A DNA stretch of 64,000 bases. Source: Macrostomum hystrix. Its lineage: Eukaryota; Animalia; Platyhelminthes. Positions 26,401 to 38,560 of this stretch are shown in pieces. The notes under the pieces are model-generated. The model ran no database searches, was not told where the DNA came from, and was given only the letters and a program-made list of their open reading frames with translations. The position numbers and the translations under genes are program-made. The stretch spans positions 14,508,001 through 14,572,000 of the forward strand of contig CATNEN010000038.1 of assembly GCA_950097015.1 (NCBI GenBank), read 5' to 3'. How positions within the stretch are numbered: position 1 is the stretch's first letter; the number at the start of each line of letters is the position of its first letter.

Positions 26401-29206
26401 ACAGGCGTGGTCGAGAACGTCTCGATTTACAACGCCGAGACGTAGACACTGACGACTACGCTAGAGTGATAACTGGACTTCAAGCGGCTTTTTAAGCTTA
26501 CGAGAACGTCGGGAACGAGGCCCTGAACCTCGTTCTCGTTACGAATGGACGAGGCTTGGGATGGCAAAGCTGCAACTCCCATCCACCAACTAGTACCTGC
26601 GGTGGATTTCACTGACGGGCCATGCTCCGTGCAGCCATCTTTAGGCTGCTCACCTTGCATGGTCTGCTCATGAAGAGACAGGCTCGCTTTTAGAGATACG
26701 AGGACTGCATTTTCTGCTAAGCCAAAGCGCCTGACTGACACGGTGCAGACATTGTTCCCTTGGTGGCACTGAAGCGCGCAATCTGACGCTGTCCCCATTT
26801 AGCACTCATTTTATTGTAACTTGTTCTTGTTTTTGGGTAAAACAGGTTATAAAGGGTACCAGGGCCGAGTGCCGGACGAGGCCGATACGTGAAATTCGAT
26901 GCTCTAAACGAGAAGTAAAACTTATTCTGATGACATAAAAGGTCAATTTCAAAACTACAATACTCACTAGTGAGCTGTCTCGTAAGGTTGGTGCTGACGG
27001 ACTCGAAGCCACCATCCTTCAGCACTGTCACACTCAGCTCATAGGCCTGGCCCGACTGCAGAGGGCCGCAGGTGGCTGAAGCATCTGATGATTCAACCTG
27101 GATGACGTCACTGGAGCCGGATTGGCTGCAGCTCAGCTGGTACCTGACACCCTCAGTGACAGATGCAGTCCAGTTGACCGAGATTGCGTTCTCAGTCACA
27201 GAGTATGTGGTAGGGCTGGCAGCTATTGGGTAGAGCTCTGGAACATTGCAGTGGGGAATTATCAGCTAAAGCATTGGCATTCATGATGTCATCCGGCATG
27301 CAATGAGTGTTGCACAACCAGAGAGCAACTCACTGGTGAGAGCAGTGCCAAAGATGCTGTTTGAGTCAGGAAATCCGGTCTTCACTGCTTGCACTCTAAC
27401 TTCAATCCTGGATCCGGACTGCAGTCCATAGCACACGATGCTGTTGGTGCTCACAGTGCCACCACAGCTCACTCTGTACTGCACCCCGACATCTGGAGAG
27501 GCCGCCCACTGGGCTCTGAGACTCGTCTGAGTTACATCCGAGATTAGCACAGTCCCTGGAAGATTGCTCAGAACTGCAAATGGAACGGGAAAGTTTGCAA
27601 TTGTTCCGATGAAGATTGGACTGATTTTCAGCGACTTTTCTTACGCTAGGACTGGCTGATGGCTACAGTTCAATGCAAAGATGGGTCCTTGCCTAGTGGT
27701 TAGAGCGTGGGACTCATGACTTGAAGGTCTGGAGTTCGATTCTCGACTTTACTGGAACACTTTGTGCCCATTAGCAAGACACTTCACTCTGCATTGCACC
27801 AATTTACCAATTATAAAACGGATACCAGCATTAGCTGGAGTAATTGAGGGTGGGTGTGGCGTCCCCCCAGTCCATGGACTGAACAGCCGTACGCAGCATT
27901 CAGACGCGCTGCGCAATAAATTCGACTGTGCCATTGGCTGCCCAATTTTCGCAAGTGAAAATAATTAATATGCTATATTAGTACATATTATAAGGCACAA
28001 AAATGAAAGGTCGAGACACAGAAAAATGAAAACTGCAGTTGTAGCGACTCTGAAAGATTCCTACCTATTTAAAGCTAATTGGGAAGACTTGGTTCTCAGG
28101 CAGAGTTACTGAGTCTAAGTCAATAGGTGCATTCACATCCATACCTGCTCTGCATGTGTCTGTTGATTTCTAGATGCCTGCAATGAGACCTAACACACAA
28201 CCTGCCTGGACCAGATGTACTGACAGTGGCACATTCGCAGCTATTGTATGTGCTTCTAAAGGCTGCGTGCAGCTGTTCAGTCCATGGACTGGGGGAGGAT
28301 GTCACACTCCCAATGTTCTAAACCAGCTATTACTGCAACCCATTTAACAGCTGGGTCAACTTAAACAACGGGGAATCGAATGTATTGCTCAAGAAGACAA
28401 GAACATCTTCTTGAGCAAGAACAAGTGCTTTTGTCGTGTTATTTTTGTCCTTGGAAACAAAAATGAGGATTCTTTTTTATTTGAAATTGATTTTGAGTAC
28501 AGTGGGTATTTTATTGTGATTGCAGACGGCAGACCAACTGCAGACCGGTCATTTTGGCATTAAATATAAAACAGCTTGTGTGATAATATGCAAGGATATG
28601 ATAAATTTAGTACAAAAAATATATTAATAATTTTTTTAATTACGGAAATAAGTAATGTTTAATAATACTTATAAATTATTTATATTGTTCTAATCTAAGT
28701 CACTCTCACCGGTTCTACCAACCAAATCAAATGGATCTAATCTAAGCCACTCTCACCGGTTCTGCCAACCAAATCAAATGGATCTAATCTAAGCCACTCT
28801 CACCGGTTCTGCCAACCAAATCAAATGGAAGACTCAGTGTGCAGTTCTGATACCCGGCCTGAATCGAGAAGCTGTACTCAGTTGCCGGTTGAAGACCTTC
28901 GAATGTGTGATCTTCTACACCTGTCACATTCGCCTGCTGATTGGGACAGGTGTCGCACCTCAGAATATAATAGTAATGTCTGTCTTGTTCATGATCTGGA
29001 GGCAACCAGTCTATGATTAGAAAGACATTGCCCGCTTGCTGAATAACAGCAACTGGAATCCTGTCCACCTGGTCAGGGTCAGCACTGCCGCACCTGCTGT
29101 TCTGCGCAGCCGCCACGTCACACAGAGCAACAGCAGCAGCGACCAGAAGAAGAGGCCAGCAGTGAAAGAAACACTCAACTCGATGAGCTGTCGACCTGCA
29201 GCGCAT
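14447..29206 (-). CDS. Receptor-type protein tyrosine phosphatase, R3-like (signal peptide, about 14 FN3, TM, single PTP domain); copy 1
   Basis: 18 exons: 28804-29206, 27334-27573, 26968-27237, ~25135-25386, ~24545-24814, ~24075-24323, ~23417-23683, ~23059-23328, ~22670-22951, ~22033-22440, 20779-21881, 19232-19641 ([26 protein letters not shown]), 18645-18674, 17905-17997, 16986-17433, 15846-16307, 14639-14711, 14447-~14553. PTP motifs [57 protein letters not shown] and MVQTKHQY. Confidence 0.92.
14772..15830. repeat. 33-bp intronic minisatellite, about 32 units, with a 12-unit (396-bp) block duplication
   Basis: Unit GACAGCACAGGTGTGGAGTGAC(T/A)GGAGGTGG(A/G)T. Rare variants recur at about 15230 and 15626. 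Lies in PTP intron 14712-15845. Confidence 0.97.
16455..16980. repeat. Degenerate ~44-bp intronic tandem repeat
   Basis: Recurring CTAACGGAAGTTTGTTAACGAACC…CTACCACGAGAATTT. Confidence 0.75.
17515..17835 (-). mobile_element. Two adjacent SINE family B fragments
   Basis: Reverse complement contains GGTTCGATTCCCGACTCC…TTAGCAAGACACTTAACTCTGCATTGCTTCAGTTCACCCAGCTGTTAAATGGGTACC, plus a second B-box and the CAGTCCATGGACTG palindrome. Confidence 0.7.
18225..18505 (+). mobile_element. SINE family A, 3' truncated
   Basis: Matches 7084-7449 from the GTTCGATTCC B-box to GGAGTCAGCGAAA. Confidence 0.8.
19690..19905 (-). mobile_element. SINE family B in RPTP intron (same insertion in copy 3 at ~58265-58480, +)
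   Basis: tRNA head TAGCCTAGGCGTCAGAGCG…GGTTCGATTCCC and the family body. Confidence 0.75.
24375..24502 (-). mobile_element. SINE family A 3' fragment
   Basis: Reverse complement of CAGTATCTGTGCGCGTGTGTGCTCCGGAGTCAGCGAAATGGGC…CCCGCAGCCATCCTGCA with an ATT tail. Confidence 0.75.
25570..26830 (+). mobile_element. Degenerate RTE-like non-LTR retrotransposon fragment, antisense within RPTP intron 3
   Basis: Broken RT motifs (IVPIPK, ISL…[27 protein letters not shown]). The 3' end (GCACTGAAGCGCGCAATCTGACGCTG) is homologous to the element at 50525-51473. Many stops and frameshifts. Confidence 0.85.
27690..27895 (+). mobile_element. SINE family B in intron 1 (same insertion in copies 2 and 3 at ~43615-43815 and ~53845-54045, -)
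   Basis: GCCTAGTGGTTAGAGCG…GTTCGATTCTC…TTAGCAAGACACTTCACTCTGCATTGC…CAGTCCATGGACTGAACAGCCGTACG. Confidence 0.8.
28690..28828 (-). repeat. 47-bp splice-donor-spanning repeat, 3 units (copy 1)
   Basis: Reverse complement of CCATTTGATTTGGTTGGCAGAACCG|GTGAGAGTGGCTTAGATTAGAT. Confidence 0.9.
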
Positions 29207-29764
29207 TGTTCAGTGAACGCTGTGCTCAGCAATGCCTCAAGTCGAAAAATTCTCACAAAACAACACTATTTTGGACCGAAGCACAACCAGTAAGTGTCTC
29301 AAATATAGCAAACATTTTAACAAGAAAAAATCTTATCAAGAAATGCACTATCTGTGCAGCGGTAAAGCAAGAATGCAGGCCGCACCAATGAAGAACAGCA
29401 GCCGCTAGCTGTTGGGTCCTTATCAAGCAAACAGTCGAACTGATCGAAGTGGAGCTCGGCATAGCAACATGCAGGAGCACGTTTAGTTTAGGCACTATAA
29501 TAATCAACTAACGGACTAAATAATCACAATACAGGCTTTTTCTTTAGCATAGTCTAAATACTTTATTAATAAAAAACAAAAGCAAAAATCTGCCACGGTT
29601 GGGAAAAAAGATTGTCTGACGAACCTTCGTGTATTTCATCAGAACTCTGATTTGCTTTTCTTTCAAGTTTATAGAATGTTGACAAGCGCATAAATTTATG
29701 ACGAGCAAATTTAGAACTCTAGACTTGACTGACAGCTGGTCTAGAATGTTAGATATCTCAATTA

Positions 29765-31130
29765 CAGCAAGTCTAGATGATCAAATGACAGCTAGTCTAG
29801 AATCCTAGATGATCAAATGACAGCTAGCCTAGAATCCTAGATGATCAAATGACAGCTAGTCTAGAATCCTAGATGATCAAATGACAGCTAGTCTAGAACC
29901 CTGGATATCTTAATGACAGCTAGTCTAGAATCCTAGATGATCAAATGACAGCTAGTCTAGAACCCTTGATGATCAAATGACAGCTAGTCTAGAACCCTTG
30001 ATGATCAAATGACAGCTAGTCTAGAACCCTTGATGATCAAATGACAGCTAGTTTAGAACCCTTGATGATCAAATGACAGCTAATCTAAAACCCTAGATGA
30101 TCAAATGACAGCTAGTCTAGAACCCTTGATGATCAAATGACAGCTAGTCTAGAACCCTTGATGATCAAATGACAGCTAGTCTAGAACCCTTGATGATCAA
30201 ATGACAGCTAGTGTAGAACCCTTGATGATCAAATGACAGCTAGTTTAGAACCCTTGATGATCAAATGACAGCTAGTCTAGAACCCTTGATGATCAAATGA
30301 CAGCTAGTTTAGAACCCTTGATGATCAAATGACAGCTAGTCAATAATCCTAGATGATCAAATGGCAGCTAGTCTAGAACCCTTGATGATCAAATGGCAGC
30401 TAGTCTAGAACCCTTGATGATCAAATGACAGCTAGTCTAGAACCCTTGATGATCAAATGACAGCTGGTCTAGAACCCTAGATGATCAAATGACAGCTAGT
30501 CTAGAATCCTAGATGATCAAATGACAGCTAGTCAATAATCCTAGATGATCAAATGGCAGCTAGTCTAGAACCCTTGATGATCAAATGACAGCTAGTCTAG
30601 AACCCTAGATGATCAAATGACAGCTAGTCTAGAACCCTAGATGATCAAATGACAGCTAGTCTAGAACCCTAGATGATCAAATGACAGCTAGTCAATAATC
30701 CTAGATGATCAAATGGCAGCTAGTCTAGAACCCTAGATGATCAAATGACAGCTAGTCAATAATCCTAGATGATCAAATGGCAGCTAGTCTAGAACCCTTG
30801 ATGATCAAATGACAGCTAATATAAAACCCTAGATGATCAAATGACAGCTAGTCTAGAACCCTAGATGATCAAATGACAGCTAGTCTAGAACCCTAGATGA
30901 TCAAATGACAGCTAGTCAATAATCCTAGATGATCAAATGGCAGCTAGTCTAGAACCCTTGATGATCAAATGACAGCTAGTCTAGAACCCTTGATGATCAA
31001 ATGACAGCTAGTCTAGAACCCTTGATGATCAAATGACAGCTGGTCTAGAACCCTAGATGATCAAATGACAGCTAGTCTAGAACCCTTGATGATCAAATGA
31101 CAGCTAGTTTAGAACCCTGGATATCTTAAT
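29765..31130. repeat. 32-bp tandem repeat, about 42 units
   Basis: Unit CTAGTCTAGAACCCT(T/A)GATGATCAAATGACAG. Lies between the MIC10 stop and the RPTP start. Confidence 0.97.
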
Positions 31131-31238
31131 AACAGCTATTCAAGACCCTAGACAAGCAAAACTTTCAGACCGTAACTATAAAACTAACGAGTCATCTAAA
31201 CAGTACAATTCTAATAACAGTCACCATTGCCTGTAGAT

Positions 31239-31535
31239 CTATTTCCCTCCAATCAGAGGGTCGCCGCCGCTCCGTCCGCCGGCCACGCGGATCTGTTGCG
31301 ACACCAGCGAGTGTGGAGTCTTGAAGTCGTTATCGCAGTTGGCCACGCCCATGCCCAGACCGATCCCAGCGCCGAGGACAGCTGGCCAAGGACGTCGCCT
31401 GAGGAACAGCACCGAGCAGAGGATGCCGATGCCCAAGCCGGACACAGCTTTGATGGCCGTGTCAGACAGACACCTGTCAGTCTTGTTGCTAACATAGTCC
31501 TCCGTGGCTTCCGTTTTTAAGCCCGACTGCGCCAT
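31239..31535 (-). CDS. MICOS10: MICOS complex subunit MIC10 (MINOS1), intronless CDS
   Basis: KTDRCLSDTAIK…GLGIGILCSVLFLRRRPWPAVLGAGIGLGMGVANCDNDF: two glycine-rich TM segments (GxGxG) flanking RRRxWP. Confidence 0.95.
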   Translation of the reverse strand: MAQSGLKTEATEDYVSNKTDRCLSDTAIKAVSGLGIGILCSVLFLRRRPWPAVLGAGIGLGMGVANCDNDFKTPHSLVSQQIRVAGGRSGGDPLIGGK

Positions 31536-31789
31536 TTCTGCTGGCAGTTTTTAGCTAGAATTGTTTATTATAGGGAAATACGTATATACTAGTTTTATAT
31601 CTATCGCTAATATAACCGGAAAATCATTCACTAGCACCATAGACTCACAATACCTTTCTTAAAGTGTCTGCCCACTGTAAAATTTCTCCCTTGTGTCTCA
31701 TATTTTTCTATGCCTCCTCGATCAAGTTACATCTTTTTCGTGTTTTGTCTCTCCCATATCAAATCATTCCATAACGTGTCGTATCTCTA

Positions 31790-32590
31790 CACGCATATCT
31801 CATCTCTCCAGTATCTCATCTCTACCATATCTCATCTCTGCCATATCTAATCTCTACCATTCATCATCTATGCCATATCTAATCTCTACCATATCTTATC
31901 TCTGCCATATCGAATGTCTACCATATCTAATATCTACTGGTCATTTCTCATCTCTACCATATCTCATCTCTACAGTATCTCATCTCTACCATATCTAATA
32001 TCTACTGGTCATATCTCATATCTGTCGTATCTTATCTCTACCATATCTCATCCCTACCATATCTCATCTCTGCCATATCTTATCTCTACCATATCTCATC
32101 TCTACCATATCTCATCTCTACCATATCTCATCTCTGTCGTATCTTATCTCTACCATATCTCATCTCTACCATATCTCATCTCTACAGTATCTCATCTCTG
32201 CCATATCTAATGTCTACCATATCTAATATCTACTGGTCATTTCTTATCTCTACCATATCTCATCTCTGCCATATCTAATCTCTACCATATCTAATATCTA
32301 CTGGTCATATCTCATATCTGTCGTATCTTATCTCTACCATATCTCATCCCTACCATATCTCATCTCTGCCATATCTTATCTCTACCATATCTCATCTCTA
32401 CCATATCTCATCTCTACCATATCTCATCTCTACCATATCTCATCTCTACCATATCTCATCTCTGTCGTATCTTATCTCTACCATATCTCATCTCTGTCGT
32501 ATCTTATCTTTACCATATCTCATCTCTACCATATCTCATCTCTACAGTATCTCATCTTTGTCATACCTCATCTCTGTCGTATCTCATCAC
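31790..32590. repeat. 16-bp degenerate tandem repeat
   Basis: Unit ATCTCATCTCTACCAT with variants. Confidence 0.93.
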
Positions 32591-35500
32591 TCCCATTCCT
32601 TATCTCTAGTCCGCACCGTATCTCCTCTCTCGCGTATCACATCACTTCGTGTTTAAACTCTAATTGGTCCTATCTCTCATGAGTCATGTGCTTAATCTCC
32701 ATCTGTCTCTTCTATCTGTCTGAGTTCTGTAACAATACAATCCGCTGTTATCTTTGGGTTTCCCTCTTCGGCCTCTAAGGTAGCGACATAGGTTGCTGAC
32801 CTGCGCAATTATAGAAACCAGATATGCCAAAACAGCGATTCCAATAGACACAATAGTAGAATAGCTGAAGCTATGAAAAAAATATTTTTAGTTGCAACCT
32901 AAATGTTTTACTTTCAGTAGTTAGCAATACAAGAAAAAAGTGTATGAAAACTCCAGAAATGACAATAATGAGATAAAACCATTATTGATTCTGAAAAAAT
33001 GATTTGCTCTTTGACTGAACCCAGTTGCAATTTAATATGGCAGATCGATGCTTAATTTTCCTAATTAGAAACACAGGCCCAGTTAAAAGCAATGTCACTA
33101 AAATGTAATACAAATATCTAGAACTGCTAATAATTTTGTGAAAATTACTTTACATTTTAGCTGTACACAAAATTTATAAGTGATCATATTGACAAGGATT
33201 TTTAGTGGGTATTAAAATTGAGTTAAAAAAAACAATGGATCTGGAATAATGTGGGTATTTCATATAGAGCATAGCTAGTATAACATTAGGACCACCAATT
33301 AAAACTCTAGCTCACCCCAAGTTATTATTTAATGGCAAAGAAAATAATACAAAAATTTATGCATGTTGGGTATGAAAAATAGCATAGCCCAGATCATTCT
33401 AGCCATACATATGTGCATATCATATGCCTTACAGCTTTACTACATTTGTGCATACTTCAATGGGTTGGCATGTATAGAGTGTGCATTTGTGATTGTATAC
33501 ATTGCAAGTGTACATGTAAGCCACCCCTCAGGGGCAGGTAGCTTTTATGCCATTATTGATTGCTTTCTTTGCAACTATTAATATGAGTATTGAGTGGCCA
33601 AATATACTCTGTGTCTGAAGCACAAGTTGTATCTCTTACAATATAGGTGTTACTAACTGCTAATAAGTTGTGAATTGTACAATAAAGTACAATAGAACCT
33701 TATTGGAAAAAGCCTTAATTTTACATCCAGCATCTAGTTTACCTGAGAAAATTTGGCAGGTGTAGGCAGATATTTGCCTGTGTGTGGATGCACTAATAGC
33801 TATGTGCATGAGTGCCATTTAATTGTGTGTGCACATCAGCCCATGTCCCATGGCATTAACTAAAATACAATAAAGCTAGGCATGGTTCTGTACATAGTAG
33901 AGTTCAGTATTTTATAAAACTTCTACATATTAATATTTCTAAGTATAATATTATATATATATAAATTTTAGATAATTATTATCAGTAATATAAAGAAAAG
34001 TGCAATTCTAATTCTAGAAATTTTCTTTACTTCTCTTAAAAAGTAATATTATTTGTTATTTGATTACTTTTATACAATAAATACTTAACTAACTGATGCC
34101 TAGTGCCACAGTGGCAGCATACATGCACAACACCCAGCCGGGCAACACCCAGGTGAAATGAGGGCCAAGCAAGGTAAGTTGCAAAAACCAATCGACCAAG
34201 CGCAAAAAAATCAAAGGGGGACCAAGCGACAAAAAAGGAAGGCGTGAAGAAAAGGAAAAAGGGGAGAGAAAAAGAGAGCAAATGTTAGCAAACTAAGTCA
34301 TAAATAGAGCAAAAACTAAGTCGCACAGCCAGCTAAGATTTGGGAGGTTGCACATGTATGAGTGGCAGTGGCAGCTGGAGCACTAGACATCAACTAGGCC
34401 TAGGGCAAGGTTCAAAAGAAATCTAAGATAATTGGATTAGATGAATCTATAACCTCTTTGCTATACTCAGATTCTGGTCTTTTTGCCTACTGCCATCTAG
34501 ACCTGAACTTGTCTTAAAATAGAAACTTCATGCAAACTTGTTTAACATAAGGAAAAATATAACAAAGTTGTCTGCTATGGCTTTTATTGTCACAAAATAA
34601 AAGTATTTAGTATCATAGTGGCATGAAAGTGCGTGAACTATTTCACAAACGAGTATCCTATAAAAAGTGTTTTTCATTTAAGCAGGGTGTAAATTTTTCC
34701 TTTACCACAGGATGAAAAGTATATAGCTCGTACAAACTGATTCACACTGGCACAATAACCCATAGTTTAGATCATGTAGTTTACCCTAGAAATTTCTAGC
34801 ATAAAATTTGGATATTTGGCATAAAATGCCAAAGCAAAAACTGGCATATATTCGGGTATAAATTTTATGTTACAAAAGTTTGGATAGAATAAGGAACAAA
34901 TGATTTAGTAGAACAACTTTTGTTGCAACCTCTGCAATGTTGTTGTATAGTAAAGTAAATTTACAAATGTTACATAACTTTTTTGTTTACAACAAAGTTT
35001 CTTACATATATATATTGTTAATTGTTTATGTTTTGCTTTTTACTGTTCAAAAATATAAAGCTTTCTAATTAAAATTTTAAATACCTGTTTAAAACATTTG
35101 ACACAAACCCAACTTTACCAATTTTTCTTAATTCTACAGGCATCCTTTTTAACTTGGCATAATATGGCATAAAATGAAGAAAACATGTCTATTTTTCTGG
35201 AGTATGGCCAACATGATCTAGACTAAGGACAATAGCAAGATGCTTTGTTTTTTTCAGATAAGGTGGCAATCTTTTAATTTTGCAGGTTTAATTATTTTAT
35301 TGGAAAATGTCCTAAAAATAAAAAACAAGTATGAAAACAGCTAGATGAAATGCTAGATGACATGCCTTAGCTTTGTACAAAGTTTATCATATATCATAAG
35401 TGCCTTTAAGTCAAAGTTACACATGACCCTTTGCCTTTACCATCAAACATTTTTCTAGACACCCCATGCTGTATCTCAATTCCCAAGCCAATTCTTATAA

Positions 35501-37409
35501 TAATATACCACTTGCAATTTTGAATCAAAGATGCAACCAAAAAGTTGGAGTTGACAACTTGTCTATGGTACAAAGTGGGTAAAACTTCTCCATGGAATGC
35601 ATTTGGCAAACTACTCTTCTGGGTGACCCACTATTACCCTGCTTAGTTACAATTAGTGAATGCATAAGAGACTATGAACCATGGGAATGAAACTGTCATT
35701 TACAGTTCATGCTTCATTGAGCTGTTTTCTTACTTGTTGGTTAAAATGTTAAAAAAATTCCAAGAAAATAATTAAACATGTGAAAGTACAAAATTACTGT
35801 TAAGGCCAAGCCCTATTGGAATATCTATAATTCCAAAAATAGTGTGGAAACACAATAGTGGTGGTCTCAAATGTGCAACAAGCCTACTTATTTTTACTAA
35901 GATGTACAAAGTATTATATAACTTCAAATTCTGTACATATAAAAAGAATAGGCCTATTAAAATAAAAAACTGGGATATGATCCCTAAATGGCAGCAAAAA
36001 TGACAGGTTTGTTAAAATATGTGATGGTCAAAAAAGCATGTATTCCCATAGGGAGTCCAAGTTTGCCAACTTGTCTGCTCATGAATCTCACTTCCTTACA
36101 AATCAGTCAACTTGTCTATTGGCAGTTGATATAGATAGCAGCGGACAAGGAGACTGGAACTTGCCATACCCTCTTTTTGGGGGCTGGGTAATCAACTGTG
36201 TTGCAAAAATGCAGAACAGCCTTATCAGAGCCATCCTGGCAAGCTCTAAAATTTGCCAAAAATGAGTTTTTCTTTATTGATAGACCAGTGACCACTAGCA
36301 CATATTGCACTAATTAGTGATAAGACATCTATACCTATTATAAGATATCTAAATATATTCATAGTTAGGCCTAACTCCTAACATTTAACCTATGTACAGA
36401 TACAAATAACAAAATAAGTAACTTTCTTTGTAGCACAAGTGTCCAAGACACTTTTTTTATCTGTAGAGCAGCACACTAGACTTAAGCACCCTTGCACATT
36501 ATCCGTGGCTTTTTACCTATTCTACTTAAAAGGGAAATAAAGCACCAATAGCCAATTTTAAAATCTATAAACACAGTGCAACATATAACATGGACATATA
36601 TGCAACATATAATCGACTTAAAAAGGGAGGGTGGAGAGTATTGTATATAAATTTAATTTGGCTACTCGTAGATTATGAATCAGGATAATTTAGTAAAAAT
36701 AAATAAGTCTAACTGACGATCAAAAAGAAATCTGTAGACGCTAAAAGACATCAGCATTCCGTTTAGAAAGCGAGTACTACACGCGAAAAGAGCATTTGAC
36801 TTAAGTAAGGAAGAGAACTATCGGGGTATTCAAAAGTCATTCTAAGAACTCATTCTATAGTTTACTTTAGTTATACATATAAATTATGAGTGCACTTCAA
36901 GAGCGCGATTATCCGCTAAAATAAAAGCATTGATTTAACTTCTATAACAAACGATAAGTACAGATTGGAAGGTAACAGAGTTTTTTGTTTTATCAAGAAA
37001 TACTTAATTTCACTTGAACTTCGGAAGTAATTCCAACGATCAAGAAATGAACACTTTTATATTGTTCGTTATTCGTAATGAACGGCAGAAATCCTGTATC
37101 AGCGCATTTTTACTTTTTTCGTGATTTTTATTTGTCCAACTTGTTTGACTTGACTTGCTTGACTTGCTTGACTGTCCTATTGCCGACTGGAACAGCTAAG
37201 TTTAGTTAGCTTTCTGTCCAGAGAAATTTATTTTTTTAGTTATTTTTTATAATTTACAATCAGTTCATATGAACAAAGAATGACTGAAACTATTAACCGA
37301 TAACATGCGGTTTTAACAGGGTAGCCCTATTAAAAAGCGCTTTGGATTCGTTTCGGGCTGCTAATAATTTTAGTTTACGCAGTTTTCAATTTCCAGCTTC
37401 AACAAATTC

Positions 37410-37685
37410 CGCGGAAGGAGGCTTGAGGGCTTGTCGTGCAATTTAGGCCTTGAGGGCCAACCTCCAAGGCACAGTGAGAGTGTACACTGCCTGACGATGA
37501 GAAAGTCAGGACAGGTGTACACACCTGTGTGTGCCTATGCCTGCACGTACGTACAGAATATCCGTGTGCGTGTGTGCTCAGGAGTCAGCGAAATGGCCAG
37601 AATTGCCTTCTCGCTGGCTGCGGATCTAGTGTCACTAAACGATGTGCCATTGCCCACAGCCCTCCTGCCAATATTATTATCATTA
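37410..37685 (+). mobile_element. SINE family A, 5' truncated
   Basis: Matches 7180-7449, including the ATT tail. Confidence 0.8.
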
Positions 37686-38029
37686 GAGACGGACCATGGA
37701 TCAATCAGCGAAGCTAAAAGAAGGCCGACACCGCCAAGGAGGAAACTTTGTTTGAACAGCCATGTCCTAGCAAAGTCTAATCACTTGGGTATACAATCCA
37801 ACGAAGCATGGCAGATCGTATAACGGGGGCGTAGCCAGCGGGGAGGGGGCAAGGGGACCGCAACCTCCCCAATCGGCTGACGAAAATATGATGCACCCCC
37901 TTGTAGTGGCGCCGCTGCATGTATTCGTGCCCCCTGCATGTAGTGGCCGGGCCCCCCAAGTAGTACCCAGTGGTGCACCTGCTGTCTGCTGGGGAGGAAA
38001 ATTAAGTTAATGCCAAAAGAGGAAACTTT

Positions 38030-38560
38030 TATTTGCTAAAGGGGCCATTAATTGCCTGCTAAAGGGAGACATTGGTTACCTGCGAGGGACTTTGATTGAC
38101 ATCCTTGCGTAGTACTTTGTGCAAATCTTTCTTAACTGTCCCTGGCGTACCGATTTTTATTGCTTCTTATTTTCAAATTTAATTCTGAAAATTTGTTAAT
38201 AGAAAATTAATTTTCTGCTAAAAGAGGACATTCTTCTCTTTATAAAAGGCATTGATTGACAGCTGCGAAGGGACATTGGTTGAGTAAATTGCTGGGCTGA
38301 GTAAAATCGGTTCTCTGCTATAGAGAGAATGTGGGCAATGGTTTCCTGTCAAGGGGGGCAAAATTTTCTTGCTGCATGGGGGTTTGGTTGCCTGGTATTA
38401 TGTAGGTTCTGTTTGGGGGACATTGGTTATTTGCTGTTGTTGTTTGGACATTGATTATTTGCTGGGGGGACACTGATTCTCTTCTGCTGAGGGGGACATT
38501 GGTTCTCTGCTGCTGGGGGGAGTAGGTTTTTAGGTTGCCAGCCAAGAGGTGATTATGTTT
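38030..38560. repeat. Degenerate G-rich repeat
   Basis: Recurring GGGGGACATTG(G/A)TT…CTGCTG motifs. Confidence 0.5.

Noticed and set aside
28386-28418. 13-bp-stem inverted repeat TTGCTCAAGAAGA…TCTTCTTGAGCAA in intron 1 of copies 1-3
   Set aside because: It sits at the truncated end of a SINE fragment, probably from a template switch. No evidence of function.
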